From: Janthinobacterium lividum
GTDB taxonomy: Bacteria > Pseudomonadota > Gammaproteobacteria > Burkholderiales > Burkholderiaceae
DNA length: 50,020 bases
NCBI GenBank assembly: GCA_050955065.1
Contig: JBPBQT010000146.1
Coordinates: 1 to 50,020, forward strand
Direction of reading: 5' to 3'
Every line of letters begins with the position of its first letter. The first letter of the stretch is position 1. Under the pieces are notes generated by a model. The model had not been told where the DNA came from and made no database searches. It saw nothing but the letters and a program-made list of their open reading frames with translations. Shown in pieces: positions 46,438 through 50,020 of this stretch. The position numbers and the translations under genes are program-made.

Positions 46438-47367
46438 ATGACAACACGCCGATCGTTCGTCACGCTCTCGCTGGGCGCCGGCCTGCTCCCGGCGCTGCGC
46501 CCCGCGGCATCCTTCGCCTCCGCCGAACGCCCGGTCATCCGCCTGTGGCCGGACGTGCCGCCGGGCGGCGGCGGTCCCGATGGCGACGAACGCACGAACC
46601 GGCACGGCGGCGTATCGAACGTCCGGTCGCCATCGATGGACGTATTCCTGCCCGCGCAGGGCAACGGCGCGGCGGTGCTGGTCGCCGCCGGGGGCGGCTA
46701 CAAACGTATCGAAATGGCGGCCGAAGCGCATCCGGCCGCGCAATGGCTCGTCGCGCGCGGCTTCACCGTCTTCGTGCTCACCTATCGTCTGCCGGGCGAA
46801 GGGTGGCATGCCGGGCCATTGGCGCCGCTGCAGGACGCCCAAAGAGCGCTGCGCATCATCCACGCCCAGGCCGAACAATTCCGCGTGCACCGCGATCACG
46901 TCAGCCTGCTCGGTTTCTCGGCGGGCGGTCATCTGCTCGGCATGGCCGCCACCCGCGCGGCATTCGCGTCCTACCCTGCCGGCGACGCGATCGATCGCGA
47001 GCCGGCACACGCATGCGCGGCCGCGCTGATCTACCCGGTCATCACCCTCGCGCCGCCGTACGACCACACCTCGACGCGCCGCGAACTGGTCGGCAACGAT
47101 CCATCGCCGGCGCTCACCGCCGAATGGTCCGTCGATACCCATGTCAAGGCCGGTTGCCCGCCGATGCTGCTCGTGCAGGCCGAGGACGATCCGATATCGA
47201 ATCCGGTGAACACGACGCTGATGGCCGAGGCGTGCCGGCGCGCGAACGTGCCGGTGGAACTGCATCACCTGCCCGCCGGGGGGCATGGTTTCGGCATGGG
47301 GCACGCTGGCTCGCCCACGGCGATGTGGCCGCAGTGGTACGAGGCCTGGTTGAAGCGGCTGGGTTGA
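46438..47367 (+). CDS. Alpha/beta hydrolase (esterase-like) with twin-arginine signal
   Basis: TRRSFV signal, GGGY, GFSAGGH nucleophile elbow, EDD, GGHGFG. Confidence 0.88.
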   Translation: MTTRRSFVTLSLGAGLLPALRPAASFASAERPVIRLWPDVPPGGGGPDGDERTNRHGGVSNVRSPSMDVFLPAQGNGAAVLVAAGGGYKRIEMAAEAHPAAQWLVARGFTVFVLTYRLPGEGWHAGPLAPLQDAQRALRIIHAQAEQFRVHRDHVSLLGFSAGGHLLGMAATRAAFASYPAGDAIDREPAHACAAALIYPVITLAPPYDHTSTRRELVGNDPSPALTAEWSVDTHVKAGCPPMLLVQAEDDPISNPVNTTLMAEACRRANVPVELHHLPAGGHGFGMGHAGSPTAMWPQWYEAWLKRLG

Positions 47368-47483
47368 AGCGGACAGGTGGAAACGATTCAAGCGATGAAT
47401 TGCACGTCTTTCCCTTTCGCGACAGCCATCTGCCGCGGAAAGCTGGCCGGCGCCGGTTGTCGCGCGATTGCTTCGTGCAGGCC

Positions 47484-48224
47484 TCAATGCAACATCCAGC
47501 CCGCAAGAAACGGCATCAGAACGGGGACGACGAATGCGGTGAAGAGGCCGTTGACGCTCATGCCCAGTCCCGCGAACGCACCCATCTCCTCGCTCACCTG
47601 AAATGCGCGCGCGGTCCCGATGCCGTGCGAGGCGATGCCGAGCGCGAAGCCACGGACCTCCACCTCCGTGATACGCAGGACATTCAGGATCGACCCCGCG
47701 AAAACCGCGCCGAAGACCCCGGTGGCGATGACCAGCACCGCGGTCAGCGACGGTATGCCGCCGATCTCCGTGGCGACCGCCATCGCGATGGGTGTGGTCG
47801 CCGACTTGGGCGCCAGCGAGGCGATGGTCCGGGAAGACGCCCCGAACAACGCGGCAATTCCGACCGCGGAAACGATCGCAGCAAGCGAACCGGCGATCAG
47901 CCCGCCCAGTAGCGGAACGGCGGTGCGGCGCAGGATGGGCCATTGCCGGTAGAGCGGCAACGCGAGCGCGACCGTCGCCGGCCCGAGCAGAAAATGCACG
48001 AACTGCGCGCCCTGGAAATAGGTGAGATACGGCGTGCGGGTCATTTCCAGCACGGCCACCACGAGCGCGATGGCGATCAGGACGGGATTCGCCAGAGGGT
48101 GGAAACGCGCTTTCGAATGGATCGCCTGTGCGATCAGATACGCGCTCAGGGTGAGGGTGAGGCCCAGAAGAGGCGTCGTCTGCAACGCGGCCCAGACCGC
48201 GTTCAAATTGGCGGGCATCGACAT
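47484..48224 (-). CDS. lrgB: LrgB/CidB family protein
   Basis: NPVLIA, LLGPATVALALPLY, SLAPKSATTPIA, ASHGIGTARA. Confidence 0.92.
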   Translation of the reverse strand: MSMPANLNAVWAALQTTPLLGLTLTLSAYLIAQAIHSKARFHPLANPVLIAIALVVAVLEMTRTPYLTYFQGAQFVHFLLGPATVALALPLYRQWPILRRTAVPLLGGLIAGSLAAIVSAVGIAALFGASSRTIASLAPKSATTPIAMAVATEIGGIPSLTAVLVIATGVFGAVFAGSILNVLRITEVEVRGFALGIASHGIGTARAFQVSEEMGAFAGLGMSVNGLFTAFVVPVLMPFLAGWMLH

Positions 48225-48592
48225 CACACGGGCCTTTTCGATTGTGCGATCCGCCGTTGTCTGCGCAGCAACGCACGCGTGACGAGCGCCGCGACCGCGA
48301 TCGCCAGCACCGTGCTGACGGCCACGGAAACGACGATCGCGACCGCATCGCTGCGCATCGTCGATGCGGATGCCATTATCCCGACTCCCGCGGGGATGAA
48401 CAGCAGAGACAGATTGCGCAACAGCTGCAGGCAGGCCGGCTCGATGACGGTCGCCGTGGCCGGACGAAGCAGCAGGGATACGAGGAGGAGGAGCATGCCG
48501 ACCACGGCGCCGGGCACCGGCAGATGGAACGCATGCGACAGGCCCTCTCCCACGCATTGAAAGAACAACAGCACGACAAAGGCGCGGATCAT
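48224..48592 (-). CDS. cidA: CidA/LrgA holin-like protein
   Basis: GE.LS....LPVPGAVVGMLLL, LL.NLSLLFIPAGVG. Confidence 0.9.
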   Translation of the reverse strand: MIRAFVVLLFFQCVGEGLSHAFHLPVPGAVVGMLLLLVSLLLRPATATVIEPACLQLLRNLSLLFIPAGVGIMASASTMRSDAVAIVVSVAVSTVLAIAVAALVTRALLRRQRRIAQSKRPV

Positions 48593-48833
48593 CGTTGAAC
48601 TGCCTGAACGGGTTGCGTGATGCGCTTCATCATCAGCGGGTTTGCATGACGGGGTACGCTCATCTTACCGGGAAACCGCTTACGCTCGGGCCCCTTTTCC
48701 TTTGGACTCCGATGGTGTGCAGCGCGAGGAAATCGTGGCCGACCCGCACCCGTCTCGATGTGGCACAAGTACGTTCTTGAAGACGCCCGCGCGAGATTTC
48801 CGCGAGCAGATCTCCGGATGACCGGACGCTCGA

Positions 48834-49718
48834 CTAATGTGATTTTCGCGACCTGTCGGTAGACTCGCCGCGCACCATCGATTCGCGCACACGGCGCGCG
48901 AACTCCGTCGCCGCCGGCGAGGCCGTCGCGGGCAAGCGCAGGCTGATCGCAAATGACGGCAACGCAGGCAAACCCGCCGCCTCCGGCGCGAGCGTTTCCA
49001 GGTCGGCCGGCAGTGTCGAGAGCAGCCAGGTCGTGAGCGCGAGGCCGGCGCGCACCGTTGCGGCCGTGGCCTCGATGCTGCCGCTTTCGAACACGGTGCG
49101 CCAGACGATGCCCCTGTCCGCCAGTGCGCCGAGCACCACCGGGCGAAACGCGCAGCGTTCATCCACCATCGACAGCGGCAAAGGTCGCTTTTGCCACGCG
49201 TCGCTGCCGCGACCCTGCACCCATACCAGCGGTTCGACCCGGATCACTTCGCCTTCGGCCTTGCTTGCGGGATATTCCACGAGCGAAACGTCCACGCGGC
49301 CGCTGTTCACCGCCTCGCTCAGCTCCGGCGATGCCGCGCATACGAGCGAGATTTCCACGTGCGGGTGCGTTTCGGCGAACGCTTTCATGGCGGGCGCGAG
49401 CAGTGTGACGAGATCATGGGGCACGCCCACGCGCAGGCTGCCGCGCAACGACTGACCCGCGATCTCATCCCAGATTTCATCGTTGAGCCGCAGCAATTGA
49501 CGCGCCTTGATCAGAAATTGCTCGCCCCGCCGCGACAGTTCCAACCTGCGCGTCTTGCGTACGAACAACAGGCAGTCCAGCAGATCTTCCAAGCGTCGCA
49601 CCTGCTGACTGACGGCACCCTGCGTCAGATTCAGCAGGTTGGCGGCAACCGTCATGCTGCCGTTATCGGCGACGCTGACGAAGGTGCGAATCAGGTCGAG
49701 ATCGAAGTTTCGGTTCAT
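48834..49718 (-). CDS. LysR-family regulator
   Basis: FDLDLIRTFV.VA..GSMT.AA..L.LTQGAVSQQVRRLE. Confidence 0.93.
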   Translation of the reverse strand: MNRNFDLDLIRTFVSVADNGSMTVAANLLNLTQGAVSQQVRRLEDLLDCLLFVRKTRRLELSRRGEQFLIKARQLLRLNDEIWDEIAGQSLRGSLRVGVPHDLVTLLAPAMKAFAETHPHVEISLVCAASPELSEAVNSGRVDVSLVEYPASKAEGEVIRVEPLVWVQGRGSDAWQKRPLPLSMVDERCAFRPVVLGALADRGIVWRTVFESGSIEATAATVRAGLALTTWLLSTLPADLETLAPEAAGLPALPSFAISLRLPATASPAATEFARRVRESMVRGESTDRSRKSH

Positions 49719-49819
49719 CGATGCATTATGCCGCTTAATGCATGGCATCAGAATTATTGGCTTTAATAAACCATGGGCGATCCGTAGAGTACCTGTCTCG
49801 ATCACCCTGACGCTCATCC

Positions 49820-50020
49820 ATGACCTCCTCCGTACTGTCGCTGTTCCTGTTCGTCGTGGTGGCGACCGCGTCGCCCGGTGGCGCCACCACGCTTGCCACC
49901 GCATCCGGCGTGCGGTTCGGCTTCGCGCGCTCGATGCCATTGATGGCCGGCATCGCCACGGGTCTGGCCCTGCTCGCTGCCGTGGCAGCTCTCGGGCTTG
50001 GCGCGCTGCTGCTGGCAATG
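49820..50020 (+). CDS. LysE-family translocator, 5' part (runs off window)
   Basis: MTSSVLSLFLFVVVATASPGGATTLATASGVRFGFARSMPLMAGIATG; SPG motif; divergent from LysR. Confidence 0.85.
   Translation, partial: MTSSVLSLFLFVVVATASPGGATTLATASGVRFGFARSMPLMAGIATGLALLAAVAALGLGALLLAM

Noticed and set aside
47484-48592. cidA/lrgB as a prophage lysis cassette
   Set aside because: Common chromosomal pair; no endolysin or phage genes nearby

Overview
High-GC proteobacterial chromosomal segment (gene content suggests Burkholderiales; inference) made of accessory metabolic, regulatory and stress genes. I see no rRNA, tRNA, CRISPR array, integrase or transposase. Order: 3' part of arsB (window opens inside a (GGTGCG)n repeat in arsB) convergent with arsR-arsC; two hypotheticals; a TauD-family dioxygenase; a minus-strand operon of MlrC/M81 peptidase, MFS, CMD/AhpD, HpyO-like flavin monooxygenase and DUF3293; a sigma70 promoter overlapped by a canonical LexA box facing an unknown ~100-aa gene; a DadA-like oxidoreductase divergent from a decayed enolase/MFS unit; a multi-PAS hybrid kinase divergent from a decayed MCP; a LysR-linked CitE-like lyase / class III CoA-transferase / 2-hydroxycarboxylate transporter module; AtoE-like transporter and amidohydrolase; tas; class II uvrA; cyoABCD directly downstream of a bacteriophytochrome plus single-domain response regulator; MFS, SDR, PAS-GGDEF-EAL, TauE, FAN1-like VRR-NUC nuclease without its usual helicase, Tat-exported hydrolase, cidA/lrgB, LysR and a partial LysE. 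Best leads: the apparently SOS-controlled unknown gene with a long leader, the MlrC/CMD/monooxygenase operon, the hydratase-less citramalate-like module, the phytochrome-cyo linkage, and recurrent short tandem duplications. All family calls come from motif recognition by eye; no searches were run.
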